Shown piece after piece: positions 19,001 to 28,145 of a DNA stretch of 64,000 nt; position 1 is the first letter of the stretch, and the number at the start of each line of letters is the position of its first letter. The notes under the pieces were generated by a model. That model was not told the origin of the DNA. It made no database searches and was given only the letters and a program-made list of their open reading frames with translations. The translations under genes were made by a program, and so were the position numbers. Origin of the DNA: Patescibacteria group bacterium (GTDB lineage: Bacteria; Patescibacteriota; Patescibacteriia; UBA9934; GWF2-40-263); the NCBI GenBank assembly GCA_018814025.1, contig JAHJAM010000002.1:2798-66797 (forward strand), given 5' to 3'.

Positions 19001-19149
19001 TTTACTAGCTTTATACTCCACCTATTGCAGAGGTCCCCACTACTCAAAAACAAAAATACTACGGCCTGATACGCAGGCCCGTGACGGCCAAAATAGCCGC
19101 ACGGGCCATGCCCTTATAACGGGGTGATTGGCAAAACAAAAACCAAATT

Positions 19150-19503
19150 ATGTCTCCTTTTGCTCAAACAATGTTTGCGCCGTTATCGAATCGGCGCAGC
19201 TTAAAAACCCTCCTGGACAACAACATCGTCATGATTAACGTTGTCAGTCTGGTCTTGGTGCTGGCCGTGATTCTGATGTATATCTTTCAGGTGAACGGGG
19301 CCGTGACCAAGGGTTATCAAATGCGCGATTTGGAGACGCGAATTGAATCATTAACGTTAGAGAATCAGAAACTGGAAGTGGTGGCGCGGGAAGCGCAATC
19401 ATTGGATAACGTGAAAAATTCCGTGAAGATGCTGGGATTCGTACCCGCGGAAGTGCCGACCTATACGAATGGTTCCGAACCAGCGTTGGCATTAGCGGAA
19501 TAG
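19150..19503 (+). CDS. FtsL-like cell division protein (single TM plus coiled coil)
   Basis: Its position after mraZ-rsmH, the bitopic topology and the leucine-rich heptads support the call. A terminator ctcgggg-atga-cccgag+T6 lies at 19530-19552. Confidence 0.5.
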   Translation: MSPFAQTMFAPLSNRRSLKTLLDNNIVMINVVSLVLVLAVILMYIFQVNGAVTKGYQMRDLETRIESLTLENQKLEVVAREAQSLDNVKNSVKMLGFVPAEVPTYTNGSEPALALAE

Positions 19504-19625
19504 GAGCGGGAGCTAGAGGAGCTAATTACTCGGGGATGACCCGAGTTTTTTAATTAGTTCCCTTAGCTCCTTTAACTCTTCCGGCTCTTCTAGCTCCCGT
19601 GCATTTCGTGATATAATTTTCTTAC

Positions 19626-20192
19626 ATGCTTCAAGCAACGATTGTGGACACGCAACAACTAATTGACGCCGTCCAATCCATCAACTGGATGCAGCCGTCA
19701 TGGGATGTTTTTATTATCATCTTTTTTATCATGGCGTCATTGGTATATGGAATTTCTTTGGGCCGCGACCGGATTTTTGTCACTTTGGTTTCACTCTACA
19801 TGGGTTTGGCCGTGGTCAAGTACGTGCCTTACATTACCGAGTTTAACGCTTCCATCACCATTCAAGACGGACTGGCTATGAACGTTTCGGTTTTTCTGGG
19901 CGTGTTTATCATTCTGTTTTTTCTTTTGTCCCAGTCGGCTTTGGTTAAAACTTTGGGATCGGGCTTAAATCAGGGCTCGATGATCACGGTTTTACTGTTT
20001 TCTTTTTTGCAGACCGGATTGTTGATTAGCGTTACTCTTTCGTTTTTTCCGCAAGACATTTCGCAGTGGATTTCGCCGCTCACGCAAACCATGTTTTTGA
20101 GCGATCCGGCTAAAGCCTTTTGGATTATCACGCCGATCGTGGCCATGATGATTATTGGGGGCGTGGATCGGGATCGGCGCGACCGCTATTGA
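19626..20192 (+). CDS. CvpA-like integral membrane protein (putative)
   Basis: 188 aa with 4-5 TM segments, resembling the colicin V production protein family in size and topology. The assignment is weak. Confidence 0.35.
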   Translation: MLQATIVDTQQLIDAVQSINWMQPSWDVFIIIFFIMASLVYGISLGRDRIFVTLVSLYMGLAVVKYVPYITEFNASITIQDGLAMNVSVFLGVFIILFFLLSQSALVKTLGSGLNQGSMITVLLFSFLQTGLLISVTLSFFPQDISQWISPLTQTMFLSDPAKAFWIITPIVAMMIIGGVDRDRRDRY

Positions 20193-20239
20193 TGTAACCT
20201 TTGGCTTGCTTTAGGGTAAGAGGATAAGCAGTCAAAGAT

Positions 20240-20716
20240 GTGAAGCAAAAAGAATTTGATAAATTTTACCGTCGGAACATTGACCGTATCTATCGATACG
20301 TGTTTTTTCGTATTGGGCAAAATCATGAAATTGCGGAAGATTTGGTGAGTGAGATTTTTTTAAAGGCTTTAAATAAGTTTGATGATTATGATGAAAAAAA
20401 GTCCAAATCAGCTTGGATATACACAATCGCGCATAATCATTTGGTAAACTATTATCGAGATAAGAAAGTTGAGATTGATTTTGACGATTTGATCATGGAT
20501 TCCCGTTTGCACGGGAATGACGGCAGGGGAGAGGTTTTTTTGGAGATTGAGGGGATTTTAGCAAAATTATCAAAAGAAGATCGTCGGCTTGTAACCATGA
20601 AGTACTTGGAAGGGTATAAGTATTCAGAGATGGCGGAGATTTTGGGGCGTCAGGCCAACGCGCTTAAAGTCGCTACCCATCGCTCACTTAAAACAATTAA
20701 AGACGGTTTGCGTTAA
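20240..20716 (+). CDS. ECF-type RNA polymerase sigma factor
   Basis: Sigma70 region 2 (IYRYVFFRIGQNHEIAEDLVSEIFLKA) and region 4 (EDRRLVTMKYLEGYKYSEMAEILG). Confidence 0.8.
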   Translation: MKQKEFDKFYRRNIDRIYRYVFFRIGQNHEIAEDLVSEIFLKALNKFDDYDEKKSKSAWIYTIAHNHLVNYYRDKKVEIDFDDLIMDSRLHGNDGRGEVFLEIEGILAKLSKEDRRLVTMKYLEGYKYSEMAEILGRQANALKVATHRSLKTIKDGLR

Positions 20717-20717
20717 T

Positions 20718-21623
20718 ATGTTTATCCCAAAACAATTTAAACAACTTCGGGACAACGCTTGCCCGTCGCCGGAGTTTAAAAATCAGCTCTTGGCTAAACT
20801 TAATCAAGAAACATCTATGACTAATCAATCTTGGGTGCGACGTTTCGTGCCCGCGTTCGCCGCCGCCTTGGTACTCTTTTTTGCCCTAGGTACCGGAGCC
20901 TACGCTTACGAAAGCCCAAGCGTAACCGAAGGCCATCCGTTGCATTTTTTAAAGAATAATTTTGAAAAGTTCGAAGAAAGGTTTGCGGACAGTCCGGAAA
21001 AGCAAGCTCAGTTTCATGCGAAAATGATGGAGCGTCGCATGGGCGAGGCTGAACATTTGGGCTGGGGCAGTGAGGAAGCGCAAACCCTTTTGGAAGCAGC
21101 GGCCGCGGAAATGGATTTATCCGTTGAAGAATTGGTTAATGATTTGAAAGATCCAGAAACTCGATCCCAGATTATGGATCAATTAGCCGAACAGGGTTTT
21201 GAATTCGCCGAAGCTTGGCAAGAGCATCGGGAGCAATACGGTCAAGGCAAGGCCAAAGGATTTGGCATCGGCCAACACATGATTGATTTCGATGATGATG
21301 CAACTGACGACATCCAAGCGCCGGTAATGGGCCGCGGTCTGGGTTGGGGGTTGGGCGATGATATCCAGGAATTGCGATTGGAAATATTTAACGATGAAGA
21401 CTTGTCTGTTGAAGAAAAGCGAGAGACTTTTCATGAAGCGGTTAGGGGCTTAATTGAAGAAAAAGTTGAAGTCAAGAAAGCAGAATTGGATGATGAGGAA
21501 GAGGATGAGGAGCTGATTGATGATGACGTTGAAAATCCGGATGAGGAGGCTGACGGTGGGAGCGAAGATAAGAAAGATGACAACGGCGATGACAAGAATG
21601 AGAGCGAAGAAGAAGATGACTAA
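20718..21623 (+). CDS. putative membrane-anchored anti-sigma factor with highly acidic C-terminal tail
   Basis: The gene lies immediately downstream of the ECF sigma factor (1-nt gap). It has a single TM (AFAAALVLFFALGTGA) and a C-terminal D/E-rich tail. A terminator lies at 21632-21660. Confidence 0.35.
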   Translation: MFIPKQFKQLRDNACPSPEFKNQLLAKLNQETSMTNQSWVRRFVPAFAAALVLFFALGTGAYAYESPSVTEGHPLHFLKNNFEKFEERFADSPEKQAQFHAKMMERRMGEAEHLGWGSEEAQTLLEAAAAEMDLSVEELVNDLKDPETRSQIMDQLAEQGFEFAEAWQEHREQYGQGKAKGFGIGQHMIDFDDDATDDIQAPVMGRGLGWGLGDDIQELRLEIFNDEDLSVEEKRETFHEAVRGLIEEKVEVKKAELDDEEEDEELIDDDVENPDEEADGGSEDKKDDNGDDKNESEEEDD

Positions 21624-21689
21624 GCATAAATACCACCCGGCATTGGCCGGGTGGTTTTTTGATGGGACGCGTGTTATATTAGTCTCAAT

Positions 21690-23063
21690 ATGATCAAACT
21701 CTACAACACATTATCTCGGGAAAAGGAGGAATTTAAGCCGACCAAAGATAAGGAAGTCGGGATCTACGCTTGCGGGCCCACGGTTTATTTCTTTGCGCAT
21801 ATCGGCAATTTTCGGACCTATGTTTTTGAAGATGTTTTGCGCCGGGTGCTTGAGTTTAACGGATACGCGGTCAAATTCGTGATGAATATCACGGACGTGG
21901 GGCATCTGACTGATGACGCGGACGCGGGCGAGGATAAAATGCTTTTGGCCATGCGGCGCGAGGGCAAAAGTGCGCAAGAGATCGCGGAATTTTATACGCA
22001 AGCCTTCATGGCGGATGTGAAAAAACTGAATATCAAGCCCGCGGATGAATATCCGCGCGCGACTGATCACATTCAAGAACAGATCGAGTTGATTAAGAAA
22101 TTGGAGGAAAAAGGCTTTACTTACCAAACCACGGATGGGGTTTATTTTGATACTTCTAAATTGCCGGATTACGGGCGCTTGTCCGGTCAAAAGTCGGAAG
22201 AAAAAGAAGCGGGCGCGCGCGTGGCCATGGGCGAGAAGAAAAATCCGACTGATTTTGCCTTGTGGAAGTTTTCATCTGAAAGCGAACAGCGATTAATGGA
22301 ATGGGAATCGCCTTGGGGCAAGGGTTTCCCGGGCTGGCATATTGAATGTTCGGCCATGAGCGCCAAGTATTTGGGCATCCCTTTTGATATTCATTTGGGC
22401 GGAATTGACCATGTGCCGGTTCACCATGAGAATGAGATTGCGCAAACTCAAGCGGCGGAAGGTAAGCTCTTGGCCAATTATTGGGTGCATAGCGACTTTT
22501 TGACCGTGGATGGCGGCAAGATGAGCAAGTCTTTGGGCAATATCTATACGATTTCGGATTTGGCGGCGAAGGGCATCGATCCGCTGGCTTTCCGGTATTT
22601 CTGTTTGGGCGCGCATTATCGCACCAAGTTAAACTTTACCACCGAGTCCATTAACGCGGCGCAAAACGCTCTGAATAATTTGCGCGATGCGGTTCGGGAT
22701 TGGGATTCGCCTTCGGGCGGTTGCGCGGCTTATGAGCAGGAGTTTGCGGCGGCGCTGGATGATGATTTGAATCTGCCCGAGGCTTTGGCCGTGGTTTGGC
22801 AGATGAAAGATTCGGCGAGTGCGAGTTCGGCTAAGGCCGCGAGTTTGCTCAAGTTCGATCAGGTTTTGGGCTTAGAGCTTGATCAATACGTGGCCCAGCC
22901 TTTGGCCGTGCCCGAGGACGTGAAATCTTTGGTTAAAGATCGCGAGCGGGCGCGCGAGGAAAAGGATTTCGAGCGCGCGGATCAGCTGCGCGAGCAAATT
23001 GAGAAAAAAGGATTTACGGTGGATGATCAAGCGGCCGGTTCAAAAATTAATCAAAAACATTAA
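21690..23063 (+). CDS. cysS: cysteine--tRNA ligase
   Basis: HIGNFRT (HIGH motif), KMSKSLGN, zinc-binding Cys. Confidence 0.95.
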   Translation: MIKLYNTLSREKEEFKPTKDKEVGIYACGPTVYFFAHIGNFRTYVFEDVLRRVLEFNGYAVKFVMNITDVGHLTDDADAGEDKMLLAMRREGKSAQEIAEFYTQAFMADVKKLNIKPADEYPRATDHIQEQIELIKKLEEKGFTYQTTDGVYFDTSKLPDYGRLSGQKSEEKEAGARVAMGEKKNPTDFALWKFSSESEQRLMEWESPWGKGFPGWHIECSAMSAKYLGIPFDIHLGGIDHVPVHHENEIAQTQAAEGKLLANYWVHSDFLTVDGGKMSKSLGNIYTISDLAAKGIDPLAFRYFCLGAHYRTKLNFTTESINAAQNALNNLRDAVRDWDSPSGGCAAYEQEFAAALDDDLNLPEALAVVWQMKDSASASSAKAASLLKFDQVLGLELDQYVAQPLAVPEDVKSLVKDRERAREEKDFERADQLREQIEKKGFTVDDQAAGSKINQKH

Positions 23064-23081
23064 TTATTTATCAACAACAAT

Positions 23082-23585
23082 ATGGACGATTACGGCCCGC
23101 CAGACATGGAATTGAATGCTGATTCCGGAGAACATTCTCCGGGTAAGGCTACAAAATCAGGTTCGATCAAAATCGCAGTCGGTTTGTTAATCGGCTTCAT
23201 TATTTTCGGCATCGGAGTTTTTGCCTTGGTCATGCAATTGACCAACGGTCCGCGCGAAGTGGCCGATGTCTTTATGGCGGATTTGAACGCCGGCCAAGTG
23301 GCATCCGCTTATGATTTAACTTCAAGCGCTTTTCAGGAAGCGGTGAGCGGAGAAAGTTGGGCTCAGTTTGTGGAAGCTTATCCAATTTTGGTCGGTTATC
23401 AGGACGTGTCCTTTAATTATTCGTCCATGGCCGGGGACAGTGCCGTGATCAGCGGCACCTTGAAAGGCACTGATGGCGAGGTCCGGCCAGTAACGATTGA
23501 TTTGGTGAAAGAAAATGAGGAGTGGCGAGTGCTGAATCTGAGTTTGGAACCCGAGGATGCACCGCAAATTGAAGCCGAGTTTTAA
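23082..23585 (+). CDS. hypothetical membrane-anchored protein
   Basis: N-terminal TM followed by a soluble domain; a terminator follows at 23590-23617. Confidence 0.45.
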   Translation: MDDYGPPDMELNADSGEHSPGKATKSGSIKIAVGLLIGFIIFGIGVFALVMQLTNGPREVADVFMADLNAGQVASAYDLTSSAFQEAVSGESWAQFVEAYPILVGYQDVSFNYSSMAGDSAVISGTLKGTDGEVRPVTIDLVKENEEWRVLNLSLEPEDAPQIEAEF

Positions 23586-23624
23586 AAAACAAACCGCCCT
23601 GAGAGGGGCGGTTTTGAGTTGGGG

Positions 23625-24221
23625 CTAGTGTTCGACTTTAAAGCCGTCGATTTCGGTGGTGATTTCGCTCTGGACTTCGGTATCTTCGAAGCCGGTGAGA
23701 TGGATATTCTGAATGAACTCCGAGGCCTTGTGCATAAGCATCTCCGGCGGGCCGGCCTGATCCATATTGGCTACGACCAAGGCTTCCAGATTGTTTAGGA
23801 AATCCAAGGCATAGCGAATTTGCTCGTCAGTCTCCTTGAGTTTTTGCTCCAGGATTTTTTTGTTTTCCAGGGCGAAGTGGATGTTCTTGATGGCGCCGTT
23901 GTTGGTGTCGCCAGTCTGCATTTCGGCCAGTTTGATTTTGACCCTCCCTTGGCTTTCCTTGAGCGCATGTTTGCGATCCATCAAGGTCGGCAGATAAAGA
24001 TTGAGCACAGTGTTGAGATCGTCGCGGATTTGGTCCCAAGTCGAGGATTTGGGGATCAGGGTATGAAATTCGAGCACGAAGGATGCGATCTGGCGGCGCA
24101 GGCGATCCTGATCATTGCGGAACCGGTCCAAGAACTTATCCACCAAGTTCCAGCTCATGATCATCAGATTGTTCAAGATGTGATAGACATCTCGAAATAT
24201 TGTGCTGATTTTTTTTAGCAT
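23625..24221 (-). CDS. hypothetical protein
   Basis: 198-aa ORF with no recognisable motifs, divergent from the downstream plus-strand cluster. Confidence 0.4.
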   Translation of the reverse strand: MLKKISTIFRDVYHILNNLMIMSWNLVDKFLDRFRNDQDRLRRQIASFVLEFHTLIPKSSTWDQIRDDLNTVLNLYLPTLMDRKHALKESQGRVKIKLAEMQTGDTNNGAIKNIHFALENKKILEQKLKETDEQIRYALDFLNNLEALVVANMDQAGPPEMLMHKASEFIQNIHLTGFEDTEVQSEITTEIDGFKVEH

Positions 24222-24324
24222 CCGTGACCTCCTCGTGAAAAGAGCAAGAGAACAGAATGCCAGATTTTGCTTCGGTTGTCAACCGTGGATAGCAAACCGA
24301 TATTTATGCTACAATAGGTGCAAT

Positions 24325-24831
24325 ATGGCGGAAGTGAAGGAAGCGCTCAAAAAAGTTCCGGAAATGCCCGCGGCCGAAGCGCCGCGGGAGGTTGAGGTTA
24401 GGCAGGAGAAAAGGGAAAAAGTAGGTAGGGAAGAAGGGGGTGGGGAGAAAATTCAAGATTCTGAAGTCACCCAAGCTGAACAAGCAGTGCAGATGGCAGC
24501 TGCGGCACCCCCGCCTTTGGTGAAGGATCCGATTGTGGCTCAGATTGAAAGCGTGATGGCTGAGGATTTAACGGACTTGTTTTTGGGCTTATCGCCGGAA
24601 CAACAAGCCGTGTTTCAGCAAAAAGGCGAAGAAACCGCTTCTTTGATCAAGGAAATGATTATGCAGGCCAAAGTCAACATGAAGAAAGTTTTCGAATTGC
24701 TGCGGGATTGGCTGCGGCTGCTGCCCGGGGTCAATAAGTTCTTTCTGGAGCAAGAAGCGAAAATTAAAGCTGATAAAATTTTAGGGCTGGCCAAAGAAGA
24801 ACAGCGACGGGCCAGCGAACAAATTGCATGA
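24325..24831 (+). CDS. hypothetical coiled-coil protein containing an in-frame GGTAGGTAGGGAA motif
   Basis: The start was re-set to the ATG at 24325 (MAEVKEALKK), with a TACAAT box 10 nt upstream. The segment KVGREEGGGEK is encoded by the dispersed motif. The stop overlaps the start of the downstream ATPase gene. Confidence 0.45.
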   Translation: MAEVKEALKKVPEMPAAEAPREVEVRQEKREKVGREEGGGEKIQDSEVTQAEQAVQMAAAAPPPLVKDPIVAQIESVMAEDLTDLFLGLSPEQQAVFQQKGEETASLIKEMIMQAKVNMKKVFELLRDWLRLLPGVNKFFLEQEAKIKADKILGLAKEEQRRASEQIA

Positions 24832-27383
24832 TGATTTTTCAGTTCGGATTGGAAACATTCGATCAAACGAATTTCACCGCGACCGGAACGGGCGCGGATT
24901 GGGGTTTTCTAATTCCAATTTTATGGTTAGTCGGAATTTTGGCCGCCGCGGCCATGGTGATTTATTTGGCGTTATATTTTATCCGCCACCGCGCGCAGGT
25001 TCGGTCCGCAACTTTTGACTTAGTCACGCTGTTAATCACGCTGCCGAAATTTCGCCGCGAAGAAGAGTCTGAGCGAGGCGGTTCAAAAGAAGACGTGCAA
25101 GAAACGATTGCGGCCGCGGAAACTTTCTTTTCGGCCGTGGCCGGCTTGAAAGCGGAAAAAGGTTTTATGAAGTGGCTGCTGGGCAAGAATGATCAGTTTT
25201 CATTCGAAATCGTGATGCATAAGAATCTGATTAAGTTTTACGCGGCCGTGCCCAGGCATTTACAGGATTTCTTTCAACAACAGCTGTCCGCGGCTTATCC
25301 GGACGCGTTCATCGAAGAGGTTGAGGATTACAATATTTTTTCTCCGACCGGGGTGATTTTGGGCAGCTATTTAACGCTCAAGCGGGAAAATGGCTTTCCC
25401 ATTAAAACTTATCGCCAGCTGGATAAAGATCCGCTGAATGCGCTGACCAATGTCTTATCAAAATTGCCCGCGGATGAAGGCGCGGTTTTTCAATACGTGG
25501 TGCGCTCGGCGCCGGGCGCTTGGCGCAAACGCGGCGTAAAAATCGCTCAAGACATGCAACAAGGCATGAGTTTGGAAGAAGCGATCAGCGGTAAAAAGAA
25601 ATCTTCGGTCAAAGAATTGACCGGTTTATCAGCCGAGGATAAAAAACCGGAAAAAGAACACCGCTTATCGCCGCAAGAAGAAGAAACCGTCAAAGGCCTG
25701 GAAGAGAAAGCCAGCAAGGGCGGCATGGAAGTTTGCGTGCGCTTGATGGTTTCGGGTGCGAACGCGGGCACGGCCCAGACCACGCTGGCTAATATGATCA
25801 ATGCTTTTTCCCAATACAATATCTATCAATACGGCAACTCTTTCGTGAAATCCGTGCCCAAATCAAAAAATAAAATCACGCAGCGTTTTATTTACCGGGC
25901 TTTCAACGAGCACATGGTTTGCGTTTTGAATACCGAGGAAATGGCCAGTTTGTGGCATTTGCCCACGCCTTGGACCGAAACGCCGAATATCAAGTGGCTG
26001 GGCGCTCGCCGCGGGGCCGTGCCATCGGGCGTGCCCAAGAGCCGGGCCGAGGAAGGCCAACTGGAATTGGGCTTTAATGTTTATCGGGGCATTAAGACGC
26101 CGGTTTGGATGAAAGGGCCGGATCGCTCGCGCCACATGTACATCATTGGCAAATCCGGATCCGGCAAATCAGAAACCATTGCCAAGTATGCGATTCAAGA
26201 CATTCAAAACGGACACGGCGTGGCCGTGGTGGAACCGCACGGCGATTTGGTGGAGCGGATTTTAGCCAATATCCCCAAAGAGCGGGTGGATGACGTGATT
26301 TATTTCTGTCCGTCTGATTTGGAGCGGCCCATGGGCTTGAATATGCTGGAGGCCAAGGATGAAAGCATGAAAGACATGGCCGTGCAGGAAATGATTTCAA
26401 TTTTTTACAAATTGTTCCCGCCGGAAATGATCGGACCGCAATTTGAGCACACGATGCGCAATATGATGCTGACCTTGATGGCTGATCAAGAAAATCCGGG
26501 GACTTTAGCGGAAATTCCGCGGATTATTACGGACGCGGATTTTCAACAGGAATGGGTGGCGAAAGTGAAAGACCCGGTGGTTCGGGCTTATTGGGAAAAA
26601 GAAGTCGCCAACACCAGCGACTTCCACAAGTCAGAGATGTTCGGATATTTGACCTCAAAAGTCGGCCGGTTCGTGGAAAACGAAATGATGCGCAACATCA
26701 TCGGCCAGTCGCATTCCAGTTTTGACTTCAGGGAAGTCATGGATAAGAAAAAGATTTTGCTGGTCAATCTTTCCAAAGGCAAGACCGGGGATGTAAATTC
26801 GGAACTGCTGGGCATGATCATTGTTTCCAAACTGCAAATGGCGGCGCTGGGCCGGGCGGACATGCCCGAGAGCGAGCGCAGCGACTTTTATCTTTACATC
26901 GATGAGTTCCAGAACTTCATTACGGATTCCATTGCCACAATTTTGTCCGAAGCGCGCAAGTACCGGTTGAATCTGATCATCGCCCACCAATATATCGGCC
27001 AATTGGTGAAGAACGGGGACACGAAAATTCGCGATGCGGTGTTTGGCAACGTGGGCACCAACTTTGTGGCCCGAATCGGGCCCGAAGACGTGGAAATGCT
27101 CGAGCCCATCTACTCACCGGAGTTTTCCGGATATGATTTGATGAATTCTGATAAGTTTACTTGGTATGTGAAGATGATTGTGGATAACTCTCAAGTTAAG
27201 CCTTTTACCATGAATTTGGCACCTTCGCCGTCGGGAAATCGGGAATTAGCCGAGGCCATTAAGGAACTTTCTCGGTTGAAATATGGACGGGATCGCGCTA
27301 TTGTCGAAGCAGAGATATTAGAGCGTTCGCAATTGGGCACGGCCGGGCGGGGACCCCAGAGGCCGGGCCCGGGAGAGATATAA
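24828..27383 (+). CDS. VirD4/TraG/TraD-family (FtsK/HerA-like, DUF87-type) membrane-anchored ATPase
   Basis: N-terminal TM, Walker A (IIGKSGSGKSETI) and Walker B (FYLYIDEFQNF) motifs; 851 aa. Confidence 0.55.
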   Translation: MMIFQFGLETFDQTNFTATGTGADWGFLIPILWLVGILAAAAMVIYLALYFIRHRAQVRSATFDLVTLLITLPKFRREEESERGGSKEDVQETIAAAETFFSAVAGLKAEKGFMKWLLGKNDQFSFEIVMHKNLIKFYAAVPRHLQDFFQQQLSAAYPDAFIEEVEDYNIFSPTGVILGSYLTLKRENGFPIKTYRQLDKDPLNALTNVLSKLPADEGAVFQYVVRSAPGAWRKRGVKIAQDMQQGMSLEEAISGKKKSSVKELTGLSAEDKKPEKEHRLSPQEEETVKGLEEKASKGGMEVCVRLMVSGANAGTAQTTLANMINAFSQYNIYQYGNSFVKSVPKSKNKITQRFIYRAFNEHMVCVLNTEEMASLWHLPTPWTETPNIKWLGARRGAVPSGVPKSRAEEGQLELGFNVYRGIKTPVWMKGPDRSRHMYIIGKSGSGKSETIAKYAIQDIQNGHGVAVVEPHGDLVERILANIPKERVDDVIYFCPSDLERPMGLNMLEAKDESMKDMAVQEMISIFYKLFPPEMIGPQFEHTMRNMMLTLMADQENPGTLAEIPRIITDADFQQEWVAKVKDPVVRAYWEKEVANTSDFHKSEMFGYLTSKVGRFVENEMMRNIIGQSHSSFDFREVMDKKKILLVNLSKGKTGDVNSELLGMIIVSKLQMAALGRADMPESERSDFYLYIDEFQNFITDSIATILSEARKYRLNLIIAHQYIGQLVKNGDTKIRDAVFGNVGTNFVARIGPEDVEMLEPIYSPEFSGYDLMNSDKFTWYVKMIVDNSQVKPFTMNLAPSPSGNRELAEAIKELSRLKYGRDRAIVEAEILERSQLGTAGRGPQRPGPGEI

Positions 27384-27425
27384 AAAAACAAAGCCTGCAA
27401 ACAAAGACTCAATAAAAAAATTTAT

Positions 27426-28064
27426 ATGGCGCGCCAAGATGATGCGAGGTATGAGGGGGAAATGGAGGAAATGATCTTTGAGCCCGAACCAGCCGTGGGC
27501 CAGAAAGCGCCGGCTGAAGACAAGCATGTTCGGGTTGACCTAATTATCAGAACCCTGAAGCAAGTCCATGAGAGCATCGGACACATTATCGATCTTTTTG
27601 AAAGCGATGGAGTAGTGGACGACGGCCAAATGATGGCCGAGTTGGTGACCGCCAAAAAACAATTAGCCCAGAAGCTGGAAGATTTTTCCGGCGCCCGGGT
27701 GGTCGAGGGCATGTTCGATGGGGCGCTGATGATCGGCCAGGACGGCAAATCATATTCCGTGCCGCCGAATTACGCTTCCAAGTCGCGTTTGGTTGAAGGT
27801 GACGTCATGAAACTCACTATTCGGCCGGACGGGTCTTTTGTTTTTAAACAGATTGGTCCGATTGAGCGCAAGCGAATCGTAGGTACCGTGGCTTTTGACG
27901 CCTCGACCAATTCTTACGTGGCCATCAGCGATGGCGCGACTTTTAAAGTTTTAACCGCCAGCGTGACATATTTTAAAGGACAGCCCGGCGATGAAGTGGT
28001 CTTGCTGGTTCCCAAATCAGGCAAGAGCGTGTGGGCGGCCGTGGAAAATGTGATTAAAAAATAG
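27426..28064 (+). CDS. hypothetical protein
   Basis: 212-aa ORF downstream of the ATPase, with an acidic N-terminus and a beta-rich C-terminus. Confidence 0.4.
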   Translation: MARQDDARYEGEMEEMIFEPEPAVGQKAPAEDKHVRVDLIIRTLKQVHESIGHIIDLFESDGVVDDGQMMAELVTAKKQLAQKLEDFSGARVVEGMFDGALMIGQDGKSYSVPPNYASKSRLVEGDVMKLTIRPDGSFVFKQIGPIERKRIVGTVAFDASTNSYVAISDGATFKVLTASVTYFKGQPGDEVVLLVPKSGKSVWAAVENVIKK

Positions 28065-28145
28065 TGAAAGCAGGCACTCGGCACTAGGCTTTAGGCCCTG
28101 GGAATGTTATCCTAGCGCCTAGCGCCTAAGGTCCAGCGCCTTTTT

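Noticed and set aside
24828-27383. Integrative conjugative element or prophage around the VirD4/TraG-like ATPase
   Set aside because: No integrase, relaxase, other T4SS genes or attachment-site repeats are present. The flanking genes are cysS and dnaX, and the nearby tRNA-Gln lies beyond dnaX.
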